From Alphaproteobacteria bacterium (GTDB taxonomy: Bacteria > Pseudomonadota > Alphaproteobacteria > GCA-2731375), in contig CBDDPY010000002.1 in the NCBI GenBank assembly GCA_965232515.1, forward strand, positions 3,264,001-3,328,000: DNA of 64,000 nucleotides, given 5' to 3'. The position numbers were made by a program, and so were the translations under genes. Positions 39,633 to 49,619 of the stretch are shown in pieces. The notes under the pieces were generated by a model that was not told the origin of the DNA, did no database searches, and was given only the letters and a program-made list of their open reading frames with translations. Within the stretch, counting starts at the first letter, position 1. Each line of letters starts with the position of its first letter.

Positions 39633-39751
39633 AGCTTTGGCAGTGCAACATCGCAATGCCGGCCGTCACGGAACCGAAACACGAAAGCGTTGACCGGCCG
39701 TTAACTCCGTGGCGCTTGCCCGGCAGGTCCGATTGCCGCACTCTCCCGACC

Positions 39752-40993
39752 ATGACGACGATCCCACGCGAAGACTGCCTGAAACGCGACGGCGCCGACC
39801 CGCTGGCGGCCTGGCGCCGGCGCTTCGTACTGCCGGAGAACCTGATCTATCTCGACGGCAATTCGCTGGGCCCGCTGCCGACAACAACCGCCGGCCGGCT
39901 CGACGACGCGGTGCGCGAGGAATGGGGCCAGGGCCTGATCCGGAGCTGGAACGCGGCCGGCTGGATCGACCTGCCGCGACGGCTGGGCGCCAAGCTGGCG
40001 CCGCTGATCGGCGCCGCGCCGCACGAGGTGACGGTCGCCGATTCGACCTCGATCAACCTGTTCAAGCTGCTGATCGGCGCGCTGAGACTCCGGCCGGACC
40101 GGCGGGTCATCGTGTCCGAGGCCGGCAACTTCCCGACCGATCTCTACATCGCCCAGGGGATCGTCGAACTGCTCGGCGGCGACTACGAAATCCGCTATGC
40201 CGAGCCCGACGACATCGCCGCCGCCATCGACCGGGACGTGGCCGTGGCGATGTTGACGCAGGTCGACTTCCGGTCGGGCCGGATGCACGACATGGCGGCC
40301 GTGACGAAGGCGGCGCAGGCGGCGGGCGCCCTGATGCTGTGGGATCTCGCGCACTCGGCCGGCGCGTTTCCGGTCGATCTGACCGGCGCCGGCGCCGATT
40401 TCGCCGTCGGCTGCGGCTACAAGTATCTGAATGGCGGCCCCGGCGCGCCCGCCTTCCTGTTCGTCGCCGAACGGCACCAGGATGCGTTGATCGCGCCGCT
40501 GTCGGGCTGGATGGGCCACGCCCGGCCGTTCGACTTCGCCCGCGATTACGCGCCGGCGGCCGGCATCGACCGTCAGCTTTGCGGCACGCCGCCGGTGCTA
40601 TCGATGACGGCGCTCGACGCCGCGCTGGATATCTGGGCCGAGGTCGACATGGCCGCGGTGCGGGCCAAGAGCGTGGCGCTGTCGGACCTGTTCATCGATC
40701 TGGTCGAGGATCGCTGCGCCGGTCACGGCTTCGCGCTGGCCTCGCCCAGGTCCGCCGACGCGCGCGGCAGCCAGGTCTCGTTCGCCCATGCCGACGGCTA
40801 CGCCATCATGCAGGCGCTGATCGCCCGCGGCGTGATCGGCGATTTTCGCGCGCCCGATATCCTGCGCTTCGGTTTCGCGCCGCTCTATCTGCGCTACGTC
40901 GATATCTGGGACGCGGTCGAGGTGCTGCGCGCGGTCATGGAAAGCCGCGCTTGGGACACGGCCGAATTCAAGCAACGCGCGGCCGTCACTTAG
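39752..40993 (+). CDS. kynU: Kynureninase
   Basis: YLDGNSLG, NFPTDLY, WDLAHSAG, CGYKYLNGGPG and GWMGH motifs. Confidence 0.95.
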   Translation: MTTIPREDCLKRDGADPLAAWRRRFVLPENLIYLDGNSLGPLPTTTAGRLDDAVREEWGQGLIRSWNAAGWIDLPRRLGAKLAPLIGAAPHEVTVADSTSINLFKLLIGALRLRPDRRVIVSEAGNFPTDLYIAQGIVELLGGDYEIRYAEPDDIAAAIDRDVAVAMLTQVDFRSGRMHDMAAVTKAAQAAGALMLWDLAHSAGAFPVDLTGAGADFAVGCGYKYLNGGPGAPAFLFVAERHQDALIAPLSGWMGHARPFDFARDYAPAAGIDRQLCGTPPVLSMTALDAALDIWAEVDMAAVRAKSVALSDLFIDLVEDRCAGHGFALASPRSADARGSQVSFAHADGYAIMQALIARGVIGDFRAPDILRFGFAPLYLRYVDIWDAVEVLRAVMESRAWDTAEFKQRAAVT

Positions 40994-41877
40994 GCTTCAG
41001 CGCCGCTCCACACGAGAGAGGTCATGGCGGCGACAGGCCGCGCGCCGACCGCTTCGCAGGCGGCACGGACATTGGCTTCGTCGAGCGTACCGCCCGGTGT
41101 GTAGCCGACATCCTCGGCATGGATGCCGCCGGCGATCCACACCGAATCGATGCCGGCCTTGGCCGCGCCCTTGATGTCCGTTTCCAGACCGTCGCCGACC
41201 ATGACGATGTGCCCCCGGCTGATGCCGCCCAGGCGCTCGAACGCCATGTCGAAGGCGCTGGCGTGGGGCTTGCCGTGCTGGAACACGTTGCCGCCGATCT
41301 CGTCATAGGCCCGGGCCAGCGCGCCGGCACAGGGAATCATGCGGTCGCCGCGCATGACCACGACGTCGGGATTGGCACAGACCATCGGCAGCTTCCGCGC
41401 CAGCGCCCGCGCCAGCATGTCGCGATAGTCGTCAACGGTTTCGGTCTCGTCGTCGACCAGGCCCGTGTTGACGATGAAGTCGGCCTCCTCGAAGGGCGCC
41501 TCGCCGCAGTCCAGATGATCCAGCAGCGTCCGGCAGCGGTCGGGGCCCAGGTGAAACGCCGTAGCACCGAGTCCCGCGTGCCAGGCATCGGCGCGCCGGT
41601 TGATCGCGGCGACCGTGACGTCGCCCGAGGTGACGATATGGTCGTAGTAGGCCATCGTCACGCCGATACCGGTCAGGAACTCCTGAATGTATTGGCTGGG
41701 CCGGGGCGCGTTCGACAACAACAGCACGGGCAGACCGGCCGACCGGATCCGCGCCAGACAGTCGAGCAGCCCCGGATAGGGCGCGATGCCGTTGTGGACG
41801 ACGCCCCAGATATCGCAGATCACCGCCTTGTAAGGCTTGATCAGCCGGTCGATACCGTCATGGACAGGAACGTGCAT
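40990..41877 (-). CDS. TIGR01459 family HAD-IIA hydrolase
   Basis: CDIWGVVHNG, SNAPR, CANPD, GKPH and GDGLETDI motifs. Confidence 0.92.
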   Translation of the reverse strand: MHVPVHDGIDRLIKPYKAVICDIWGVVHNGIAPYPGLLDCLARIRSAGLPVLLLSNAPRPSQYIQEFLTGIGVTMAYYDHIVTSGDVTVAAINRRADAWHAGLGATAFHLGPDRCRTLLDHLDCGEAPFEEADFIVNTGLVDDETETVDDYRDMLARALARKLPMVCANPDVVVMRGDRMIPCAGALARAYDEIGGNVFQHGKPHASAFDMAFERLGGISRGHIVMVGDGLETDIKGAAKAGIDSVWIAGGIHAEDVGYTPGGTLDEANVRAACEAVGARPVAAMTSLVWSGAEA

Positions 41878-41963
41878 GATTCGCTTCGATTGACCCCAAC
41901 TTGCGACCCGGCTGTTTACGGTCGGCGTCGCCGCGCGTCAATGGCGCTTGTCGAAGATTTGGA

Positions 41964-43220
41964 TCAGAATCCGTCCCGGCTCGGGCGCGGCTCGCCGAAC
42001 AGATAGCCCTGGCCGAAGTCGACGTCATAGTCCAGGAGTTCCGCGACCGACCGCTCGGTCTCGATCTTGTCGACGATCAGGTCGATGCGCGGCCGCGCCA
42101 GCGCCTGCTTCAGGTCCATCGGGTGAATGTCGGCGCCGATCCCGTTGAGGAGCAGATCGACGGGCGACTTGACGAACTTGAAACGGCGGCGGCCCAGTTC
42201 CTCGTAGTCGATGTCCAGACTGGTGAGCTGATCCATGGAGAACCGGAAGCCGAGGCCGGCGAGCTGCGCCATCCGGTCCGCGACCGCCGGCCAGCAGTCG
42301 GCGACGTCGGTCTGGCTCAATTCCAGGATCATGCAGTCGGCCAGTTCCGCGTTCATCTCCATGAAGTCGGTGAATTGGGTCAGGAAGTTCTCGTCACTGA
42401 GCGTGTGCGAGGCGATGTTGACGAAAAAGCCGACGTCGAGGCCGCGCTTCTTGACCTTGCGGATCAGCTGCACGCAGCGGAACAGCAGCAGGTTGTCGAT
42501 CACCGAGATCAGCCCGCGGTCCTCGGCCAGCGCCAGATAGTGTTCGGGCAACATGATGCGGCCGTCCTCGGTGCGAATCCGCGAGAAGGCCTCGTAGAAG
42601 CGCGTCTTCCGCTGCGGCAGGCTGACGATCGGCTGCAGGTAGACGTCGACGCGGTTCTGTTCCAGCCCGCGCAACACCATCTGCACGACGGCGGCATCGT
42701 CGGCCGGCGGCTCGATGACCTGCGGCAGCGCGATCAACGCCGGCTCGGCGCCCCCCGCATCCGGGTCGGCCGTGTCGCCGTCGACATGCGGCGCCGACGG
42801 CGAGTCCGAGTGCTGGCGGCGGACGGAGATGTCGTTGAGCTGGTTCTGCAGGACCTTCATCTCGGCGACGACAACCTCGTTCGCCCGCTCGGCGACCTGG
42901 CCCATCGCCTGGCGCAGTTCGTTGAGTTCGCCGCTGGCGGCGTCGAGCCGGCGCGTCAGCTCGCCGTTGCAGTCGCGCAGAAAATCGATCTCGCCCGCCT
43001 GCGCCTGCCAGGCGGCGACCAGCTCCTGCGCCATGCTTTGAACCTCGCGGCGGCGCGCTACCGATTCATGCACAAGCGCGGCGGCCAGGAACACGCAGAC
43101 ACCGATCACCGACGCCGTCATGGTGTCGATGAACGACACCGATTGCGGCAGCACCAGCGCGATCACGGCCGACACGACCGCATAGGACGCGAGAATGAAG
43201 AAATGACCGGCGAACATCAT
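41964..43220 (-). CDS. Membrane-anchored degenerate EAL domain protein (TipF-like)
   Basis: Two N-terminal TM helices and a coiled coil; LQPIVSLPQRK..YEAFSR; DQLTS in place of DDFGTG; GQGYLFGEP. Confidence 0.8.
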   Translation of the reverse strand: MMFAGHFFILASYAVVSAVIALVLPQSVSFIDTMTASVIGVCVFLAAALVHESVARRREVQSMAQELVAAWQAQAGEIDFLRDCNGELTRRLDAASGELNELRQAMGQVAERANEVVVAEMKVLQNQLNDISVRRQHSDSPSAPHVDGDTADPDAGGAEPALIALPQVIEPPADDAAVVQMVLRGLEQNRVDVYLQPIVSLPQRKTRFYEAFSRIRTEDGRIMLPEHYLALAEDRGLISVIDNLLLFRCVQLIRKVKKRGLDVGFFVNIASHTLSDENFLTQFTDFMEMNAELADCMILELSQTDVADCWPAVADRMAQLAGLGFRFSMDQLTSLDIDYEELGRRRFKFVKSPVDLLLNGIGADIHPMDLKQALARPRIDLIVDKIETERSVAELLDYDVDFGQGYLFGEPRPSRDGF

Positions 43221-43306
43221 CTGCGAGCGACCCGGGACACGGACCCCGGCAACTTGCCGCCGAGAGCTTGCAATATGGTTAAGCGATCGTTGCGACAACG
43301 CGACCG

Positions 43307-44170
43307 TCAGACCTGCCGCTCGGCAAGGCTGCCGGCGATTTCCTCGGCCAGGCGCCGGCTCGCCGGCGATCCGCCATGGCGCGAGGTGACGAGCGCGATC
43401 GTCACCTCCGGCAGTGTCGGCATGCCATCGTCCGGACCGAGTTCCCGAAGCCGCAGCGTGTTCGAGCTGCGCGCGATCGCGGCGACCGCCAAGCCGGCCG
43501 AGACCGCGCCCTGCAGCACCAGCAGATCGGAGCTGGTATAGGCGATGCGATAGGCGCGGCCGGCGTCACCCAACGCCGCCATCACCCACTGATGGTATCG
43601 CGAAGGCGGCGGATATACGGCGAGCGGCAGCGGGTCGCGCCGATGCGTTTCCTGTTGCTGCGCCGTCACCCAAACGAGCGGGTCGCGCAACAGCACCAGC
43701 CCCTCGTCCTCGCCAGGAGCCCGGGACAGAAGCGCGAGATCGAGCGCGCCGTCGTCCAACCCCGCGCGCAGGGCATTGGTGTGCCCGCAATGCACCTCGA
43801 CATGCACGTTGGGATACAGTTCACCGAACCGCGAGAGCACCAACGGCAAGAGGTTCGCCGCGTAGTCGTCGGGCGTGCCGAGGCGCACATTGCCCGACAG
43901 CGCCGGCTCGGCGAAATGCGCCACCGCCTCGTCATGCACGGCCAGCAGGCGGTTGGCATAGGCGACCAACGACTTGCCGTCGTTGGTCAGCCGCATGCGG
44001 CGGCCCTCACGCGCGAAGACCGGCCGGCCGACGGTTTCCTCCAGCCGCTTCATCTGCATGCTGACGGCCGATTGCGAGCGGTGAACGCGGGTCGCGGCGC
44101 GGCCAAAGCTGCCGGTATCGGCGATCGCCGCCAACGTCCGCAGCAAATCGATGTCGAGCGTGGCTGTCAT
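43307..44170 (-). CDS. LysR family transcriptional regulator (LrhA-like)
   Basis: LDIDLLRT..SFGRAA..VHRSQSAVSMQMKRLEE; GTPDDY motif. Confidence 0.92.
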   Translation of the reverse strand: MTATLDIDLLRTLAAIADTGSFGRAATRVHRSQSAVSMQMKRLEETVGRPVFAREGRRMRLTNDGKSLVAYANRLLAVHDEAVAHFAEPALSGNVRLGTPDDYAANLLPLVLSRFGELYPNVHVEVHCGHTNALRAGLDDGALDLALLSRAPGEDEGLVLLRDPLVWVTAQQQETHRRDPLPLAVYPPPSRYHQWVMAALGDAGRAYRIAYTSSDLLVLQGAVSAGLAVAAIARSSNTLRLRELGPDDGMPTLPEVTIALVTSRHGGSPASRRLAEEIAGSLAERQV

Positions 44171-44185
44171 GGCCAATACCGTTAC

Positions 44186-44200
44186 TTCAGAAAAACTGAA
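44186..44200. promoter_or_regulatory. LysR box TTCAG-N5-CTGAA
   Basis: Perfect T-N11-A dyad in the divergent LysR/DUF1127 intergenic region. Confidence 0.6.
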
Positions 44201-44301
44201 CTATAATATCAAATACATTCGTTTGAATGATTAATCTTTCGTTGGCAGGTTTGGCGTAGACCAACGCAACGCCACGGTTGCCAACGAGAGGGGATCGAAC
44301 G

Positions 44302-44544
44302 ATGGGTACGACAATCTATACGGACGACAGATCGACCGACGTCCTGGATGGCGCGATGCACGGGCGGCATCGGTTTTCCTTCGCCGCGCTTGGCGGCCGC
44401 GTGATCGGGGCGCTGTTACGCTGGCAGGACCGCGCCAGCCAACGTTATCGCCTGGGCGAACTCAACGCCTATCTGCTCCGCGACATCGGGCTCAATCGCA
44501 GCGACGTGACGCAGGAAGCCCGCAAGCCATTCTGGCTCGACTGA
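44302..44544 (+). CDS. DUF1127 small protein
   Basis: W..R..QRYRLGELNAYLLRDIGL.R.D...EA.KPFW. Confidence 0.9.
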   Translation: MGTTIYTDDRSTDVLDGAMHGRHRFSFAALGGRVIGALLRWQDRASQRYRLGELNAYLLRDIGLNRSDVTQEARKPFWLD

Positions 44545-44559
44545 AGCTCAATAACCCGT

Positions 44560-45231
44560 TCAGCCATCGGTGCTGCGCGCCAGCACCTGGCTGACCTGGG
44601 TGATCGGCCGGCCGCTTTCGGCAGACCAGGCGTTAAACGCCTCCTGCACGGCGCGGAGATCGCGTTTCGAGGTCGGGTCCTTGTCGACGACGCCCTGCGC
44701 CTTCAACGCCGCCACCACCGACTTCGACAGCACGAACGAGTCCTTGCCGATGAAGCGCAGGAAATACTGCGCCGAGGTGCCGCCCAGGCGGCTGGCGCGC
44801 TTCTTCAGCAGCGCCAACAGGCCGATATAGTCGTCCGACGGCCAGTCGGCGAAGAAGCTGGCGGCCGACCCGTGTTCCTCGGCCAGATCGACAATGAAGC
44901 GGGCGTTGTCGCGGGTGGCCCGGATCTTTGGACCGTTGCGCACGATGCCTTTGTCCTGCAGCAGGGCGTCCAGCGCCTCATCGGGCATGAAGGCGACGCG
45001 GCGCGGCTCGAAGTCGAAAAACACGGTTTCGAAGTTCGGCCATTTCTGCTCGATCACCTTCCAGGAAAAGCCGGCCATGAAGACCGACTTCGTAATGCCC
45101 GCCAGGTATCGGTCGTCGCCGATCTTTTTCAGGGCCGCCTTGCTTTTGGGTTTCGACAAAAGCTTTTCCAGCGCCGCCGGGCCGCCATGGCGTTTCGCGG
45201 CCGTCGCGTAGATCTGCTCGAAGCTTTGCAT
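44560..45231 (-). CDS. DNA-3-methyladenine glycosylase I family protein
   Basis: DDRYL, AGFSWKVIEQKWPNF..F..F and IVRNGPKI motifs. Confidence 0.8.
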   Translation of the reverse strand: MQSFEQIYATAAKRHGGPAALEKLLSKPKSKAALKKIGDDRYLAGITKSVFMAGFSWKVIEQKWPNFETVFFDFEPRRVAFMPDEALDALLQDKGIVRNGPKIRATRDNARFIVDLAEEHGSAASFFADWPSDDYIGLLALLKKRASRLGGTSAQYFLRFIGKDSFVLSKSVVAALKAQGVVDKDPTSKRDLRAVQEAFNAWSAESGRPITQVSQVLARSTDG

Positions 45232-45434
45232 CTCACCTCCCCCGCGGGACAAATGCCCGCCACCAACAAGTATGTCCCGGGCCTAGATTAGAACAAAATA
45301 CGAACTTACGTCACCCGGAAATGCCGCGATGAAAGGCAATGCGGTCAACGCGAGGCAGTCAATTCGAAGATTCACGCTTCACAACCAAAATTTATTGTTT
45401 TACATTAATTTTTAAATTCTTTGTATTGTGGAGC

Positions 45435-46013
45435 ATGTCAGTGACAGATACCAGAAATGATCTCGACAGGATCGAAAACGGCCGCTTCGGCCGCATCCGC
45501 ACGATCAGCCGCTATCTCAAGATCGCCGCGCTGATCGGCGCCGCCGGCACCGGTGGATTTAGTCTCTATTTCGCGGCCGTACCATCGATGTTCGACGCGC
45601 AGATACTGCAGAACTACGACCATCTGTTGATCGGCAGCAGCTTCACGACGATCAAGCGGATCGGTCTGATCATCCTTCTGGCCGGCCCGATGGGCCTGCT
45701 GGTCTACGCCATGTGGCGCATCAGCCGGCTGTTCGCCTGCTACGAACGGGGCCGGATCTTTGCCCCCGTCGCCGCCGGGCATATCCGCGCCGCGGGAACG
45801 GCGCTCGCCGGCAGTGGCGGGCTGTCGATCCCGATCAATACGCTCGCCGTGCTGCTGATGACCTACGACAACGCGCCGGGCAAGCGGATGCTGGAGATCT
45901 CGATCTCATCGACGAACTACGCCACCCTGCTGTTCGGCTGCCTGCTGATCGTGATCGGCTGGGTCATGCACGAGGCGGCGCGGGTCGCGGACGAGAACCG
46001 GCAGTTCATCTAG
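45435..46013 (+). CDS. DUF2975 membrane protein
   Basis: Four TM segments; RLF..YERG.IF motif; C-terminal VM.EAAR...EN.QFI; precedes a YozG-like HTH gene. Confidence 0.82.
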   Translation: MSVTDTRNDLDRIENGRFGRIRTISRYLKIAALIGAAGTGGFSLYFAAVPSMFDAQILQNYDHLLIGSSFTTIKRIGLIILLAGPMGLLVYAMWRISRLFACYERGRIFAPVAAGHIRAAGTALAGSGGLSIPINTLAVLLMTYDNAPGKRMLEISISSTNYATLLFGCLLIVIGWVMHEAARVADENRQFI

Positions 46014-46022
46014 GGGGCTGAT

Positions 46023-46262
46023 ATGCCGATCGTCGTCAACCTCGATGTGATGCTGGCGCGGCGCAAGATGCGCTCGCGCGAGCTCGCCGCTCGGATCGGC
46101 ATCACCGAACAGAACGTCTCGGTGCTGAAGTCCGGCAAGGTCAGGGGCGTGCGCTTCGAAACGCTGGCCAAGATCTGCGCGGCGCTGGACTGCCAGCCCG
46201 GCGACCTTCTGGAATACCGCCCGGAAGAAGAAGAATCGGAGACGGAACGGCAATCCGCCTGA
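46023..46262 (+). CDS. XRE/Cro HTH regulator (YozG-like)
   Basis: MPIVVNLDVMLARRKM...GVRFETL..IC..LDCQPGDLLEY. Confidence 0.92.
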   Translation: MPIVVNLDVMLARRKMRSRELAARIGITEQNVSVLKSGKVRGVRFETLAKICAALDCQPGDLLEYRPEEEESETERQSA

Positions 46263-46338
46263 CGGTGGCCATGGCAGCCGACCCGAATGCCCGTTAGGAT
46301 AGCGATCAATCAAGACATCGCCGACGGGAGGACACAAC

Positions 46339-48069
46339 ATGGCCGATCGCATGAACAGCAACCGCAGCCGCGAATGGTTCGGCCGCACCGACCTGCTGGG
46401 CTTCGCCTATCGCAGTTGGCTGAAGAACCAGGGCTGGCCGGCGGATCTGTTCGACGGCCGGCCGGTGATCGGCATCGCCAACTCGGCCTCGGACTTAAGT
46501 CCTTGCAACGCGCACCTGACCGATGTCGCCGAGTCGGTGAAACGCGGCATCTGGGAGGCCGGCGGCTTTCCCTTCGTGTTCCCGACCATGGGCATCGGCG
46601 AAACCCTGATGCGGCCGACCACGATGATGTTCCGCAACCTGATGAGCATGGACCTGGAAGAGACGCTGCGGGCCAATCCGCTCGACGGCGTCGTGCTGCT
46701 GACCGGCTGCGATAAGACCACGCCGGCCTACCTGATGGGCGCGGCGAGCGTGGACCTGCCGTCCATCGTCGTGCATGGCGGGCCGATGCTGAACGGCAAG
46801 TTCCGCGGCCGCGACATCGGTTCGGGCACCGACGTCTGGCGCATGAGCGAGGACGTGCGCGCCGGCAACATCACGCTGCAGGACTTCATGGACGCCGAGC
46901 AGGCGATGTCGCGCAGTCCCGGCCACTGCATGACCATGGGCACGGCGTCCACCATGGGCAACATGGTGGAAGGGTTGGGCATGTGCCTGCCGGGCACGGC
47001 GGCGATCCCGGCCGTCGACTCGCGCAAGAAAGTGGCGGCGCACCTGACCGGACGGCGCATCGTCGAGATGGTGAAGCAGGATCAGCGCATCTCGACCGTG
47101 CTGACGCGCGAGGCCTTCGAGAACGCGATCCGGGTGAACGCCGCCATCGGCGGTTCGACCAATGCCATTATCCACCTGATCGCGCTCGCCGGCCGGGTCG
47201 GCGTCGAGCTCAATATCGACGACTGGGACCGGCTCAGCCGCGAGATCCCCTGCATCGTCAACCTGCAGCCGAACGGCGAATACCTGATGGAGGACTTCTA
47301 TTACGCGGGCGGCCTGCCGGTGGTGATGAAGGACCTGGTGGACAGCGGCCAGGTGCATGGGCAACACGTCACGGTCAGCGGCAAGAGCGTAAGCGAAAAC
47401 GTGGCCGAGGCCCGTAACTTCAACGACGAGGTGATCTATTCGCTCGCCAAGCCGTTCAAGACCGAGAATGGCCTTGCCGTGCTGCGCGGCAACCTGGCGC
47501 CCGACGGCGCCGTCATTAAGCCGTCGGCGGCGACCCCGGAGCTGCTGCAGCATCGTGGCCGCGCTGTCGTTTTCGAGACCAACGAGGAGCTGCACGAGAA
47601 GATCGAGGATCCTGATCTGGACGTCGATCCGGATTGCATCCTGGTGCTGAAGGGCGCCGGCCCGCGCGGTTATCCGGGCATGCCGGAGGTCGGCAACTTC
47701 CCGCTGCCGAAGAAGATCCTGGAGCAGGGCGTAACCGACATGGTGCGGATCTCGGATTCGCGCATGAGTGGTACGGCGTATGGCGCCGTGGTCCTGCATG
47801 TCTGTCCGGAATCGGCTATCGGCGGTCCACTGGCGCTGGTCCAAAACGGCGACATGATCGAGCTGGACGTCGCCAATCGCCGGCTGCATCTCGACGTCTC
47901 GGACGAGGAACTGGCCCGCCGGCGCGAGGCCTTTACCCCGAACCCACAGGTCTACGAGCGCGGCTATGCCCAGCTCTACGTCAACCATGTAATGCAGGCC
48001 GACAAGGGCTGCGACTTCGATTTCCTGGTCGGCGCCTCGGGCTCGGCCGTGCCCCGGCCAAATCACTAG
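46339..48069 (+). CDS. IlvD/Edd family sugar-acid dehydratase (L-arabinonate dehydratase-like)
   Basis: PCN, GCDKT, CMTMGTAS, GGSTN, GYPGMPE and SD.RMSGT motifs. Confidence 0.9.
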   Translation: MADRMNSNRSREWFGRTDLLGFAYRSWLKNQGWPADLFDGRPVIGIANSASDLSPCNAHLTDVAESVKRGIWEAGGFPFVFPTMGIGETLMRPTTMMFRNLMSMDLEETLRANPLDGVVLLTGCDKTTPAYLMGAASVDLPSIVVHGGPMLNGKFRGRDIGSGTDVWRMSEDVRAGNITLQDFMDAEQAMSRSPGHCMTMGTASTMGNMVEGLGMCLPGTAAIPAVDSRKKVAAHLTGRRIVEMVKQDQRISTVLTREAFENAIRVNAAIGGSTNAIIHLIALAGRVGVELNIDDWDRLSREIPCIVNLQPNGEYLMEDFYYAGGLPVVMKDLVDSGQVHGQHVTVSGKSVSENVAEARNFNDEVIYSLAKPFKTENGLAVLRGNLAPDGAVIKPSAATPELLQHRGRAVVFETNEELHEKIEDPDLDVDPDCILVLKGAGPRGYPGMPEVGNFPLPKKILEQGVTDMVRISDSRMSGTAYGAVVLHVCPESAIGGPLALVQNGDMIELDVANRRLHLDVSDEELARRREAFTPNPQVYERGYAQLYVNHVMQADKGCDFDFLVGASGSAVPRPNH

Positions 48070-48338
48070 CTGGCATTTTTGCGCTCACGGCAGCGGACCT
48101 TGCGGTCCGCGCCTGCGCGGGCGCGCCGGATAAGCCGGCGGGCCGCCGTCGCGGCCTGGAAGTTTCCGGCTCGCCTGGAAACGCGCTGGCCAAGGCTGTC
48201 CGAATGCGTTAGACGCCGTTTACCTTACCGCTTGTTAACGTCGCGGGCGCTAGCATCCGTCGCAACCATCACGCGGTCGTGTGAACGACCGGCGAAATCG
48301 GGCTTGTATCCGCAGATCGAAGGAACCACGTCGGCGTT

Positions 48339-49550
48339 ATGACAAAACCGCTGCAACGAACCGTGGCCCCGGCGGCGGGACCGCTGGACGTCGGCGCCAG
48401 CGGCGCCCGCGGCCGGATCGACCGCCTTACGTCCTCGAAAATCCGCGATGTCGCCAATGCCGGCATGGGCCTGGAGGACGTCATCGCCCTCTGGTACGGC
48501 GAGCCGGACCTGCCGACGCCGGAATTCATCAGCAAGGCGGCCGCGGATTCGCTGAGCCGCGGCGAAACCTTCTACACCGAGAACCGCGGCGTCGAGGAGC
48601 TGCGCGCCGCGATCGTCGAGTACATGAACGGCCTGCACGCGAAGCCCGTTGACATCGACCGGATCACGGTCACCGCGTCCGGCATGGCTTCGATCAACCT
48701 GATACAGCAGGTCCTGACCGAGCCCGGCGACAATGTCGTGGTGAACGGCCCGATCTGGCCGAACCTGACCGCGACCATCGCGATCATGGGCGGCGAGCCG
48801 CGCCAGGTGCCGCTGGAGTTCGGCAATGACGGCTGGCGGCTGGACCTCAACCGCCTGACGGCGCAGGTCGACAGCCGCACGCGGGCGGTGATGATCAACT
48901 CGCCGAGCAACCCGACCGGCTGGCTGATGGAGCGCGAGGACCAGGAGCGGTTGCTCGAATTCTGCCGCAAGCGCGGGATCTGGCTGGTCTCGGACGAAGT
49001 CTACAGCCGCTTGGTCTACGATCGGCCGGTGGCGCCGTCGTTCATCGACATCGCCGAGCCCGACGACAAGGTCATCGTCGTCAACAGCTTCTCGAAAACC
49101 TGGTGCATGACCGGCTGGCGGCTGGGCTGGATCGCCGCCCCGGCGAGCCTGGGCCCGACGCTCGAGAAGATGATCGAGTTCCACTATTCCTGCCCGGCGC
49201 ATTTCAGCCAGATGGCCGGCATCGTCGCCGTGCGCGACGGCGAGCCCTTCGTCAAGGACATGATCGACCGCTACCGCGCGGCGCGCGACCTGGCGATCGA
49301 CCGGCTGCAGGCCATGCGGCGAGTCCGGGTACACCGGCCGAAGGCGGCGTTCTACGCGTTTTTCAAGGTCGAGGGCATGACCGACAGCCTGGAGACCTGC
49401 AAGGAGATCCTGCGCCAGACGCGGGTCGGGCTCGCCCCCGGCATCGCCTTCGGGCCCGAGGGCGAAGGCTATATCCGGCTCTGCTTCGCCAGCACGCTCG
49501 AGCGCCTGACCGAGGCCATGGATCGTATCCAGCCGATCCTGGATCGGTAA
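48339..49550 (+). CDS. PLP-dependent aminotransferase, class I/II
   Basis: GEPD, NSPSNPTG, DEVY and SFSKTWCMTGWRLG motifs. Confidence 0.92.
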   Translation: MTKPLQRTVAPAAGPLDVGASGARGRIDRLTSSKIRDVANAGMGLEDVIALWYGEPDLPTPEFISKAAADSLSRGETFYTENRGVEELRAAIVEYMNGLHAKPVDIDRITVTASGMASINLIQQVLTEPGDNVVVNGPIWPNLTATIAIMGGEPRQVPLEFGNDGWRLDLNRLTAQVDSRTRAVMINSPSNPTGWLMEREDQERLLEFCRKRGIWLVSDEVYSRLVYDRPVAPSFIDIAEPDDKVIVVNSFSKTWCMTGWRLGWIAAPASLGPTLEKMIEFHYSCPAHFSQMAGIVAVRDGEPFVKDMIDRYRAARDLAIDRLQAMRRVRVHRPKAAFYAFFKVEGMTDSLETCKEILRQTRVGLAPGIAFGPEGEGYIRLCFASTLERLTEAMDRIQPILDR

Positions 49551-49619
49551 ACGCGCGATCGATTGAAGGCGGACCGCCGACGCGGCATCATAACGGCGCA
49601 ACGAGGATGGAGTGCCGCG

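Noticed and set aside
39709-42006. 765-aa plus-strand ORF
   Set aside because: Arg/Gly/Ala-rich shadow frame overlapping kynU in another frame and antisense to the HAD gene; no motifs.
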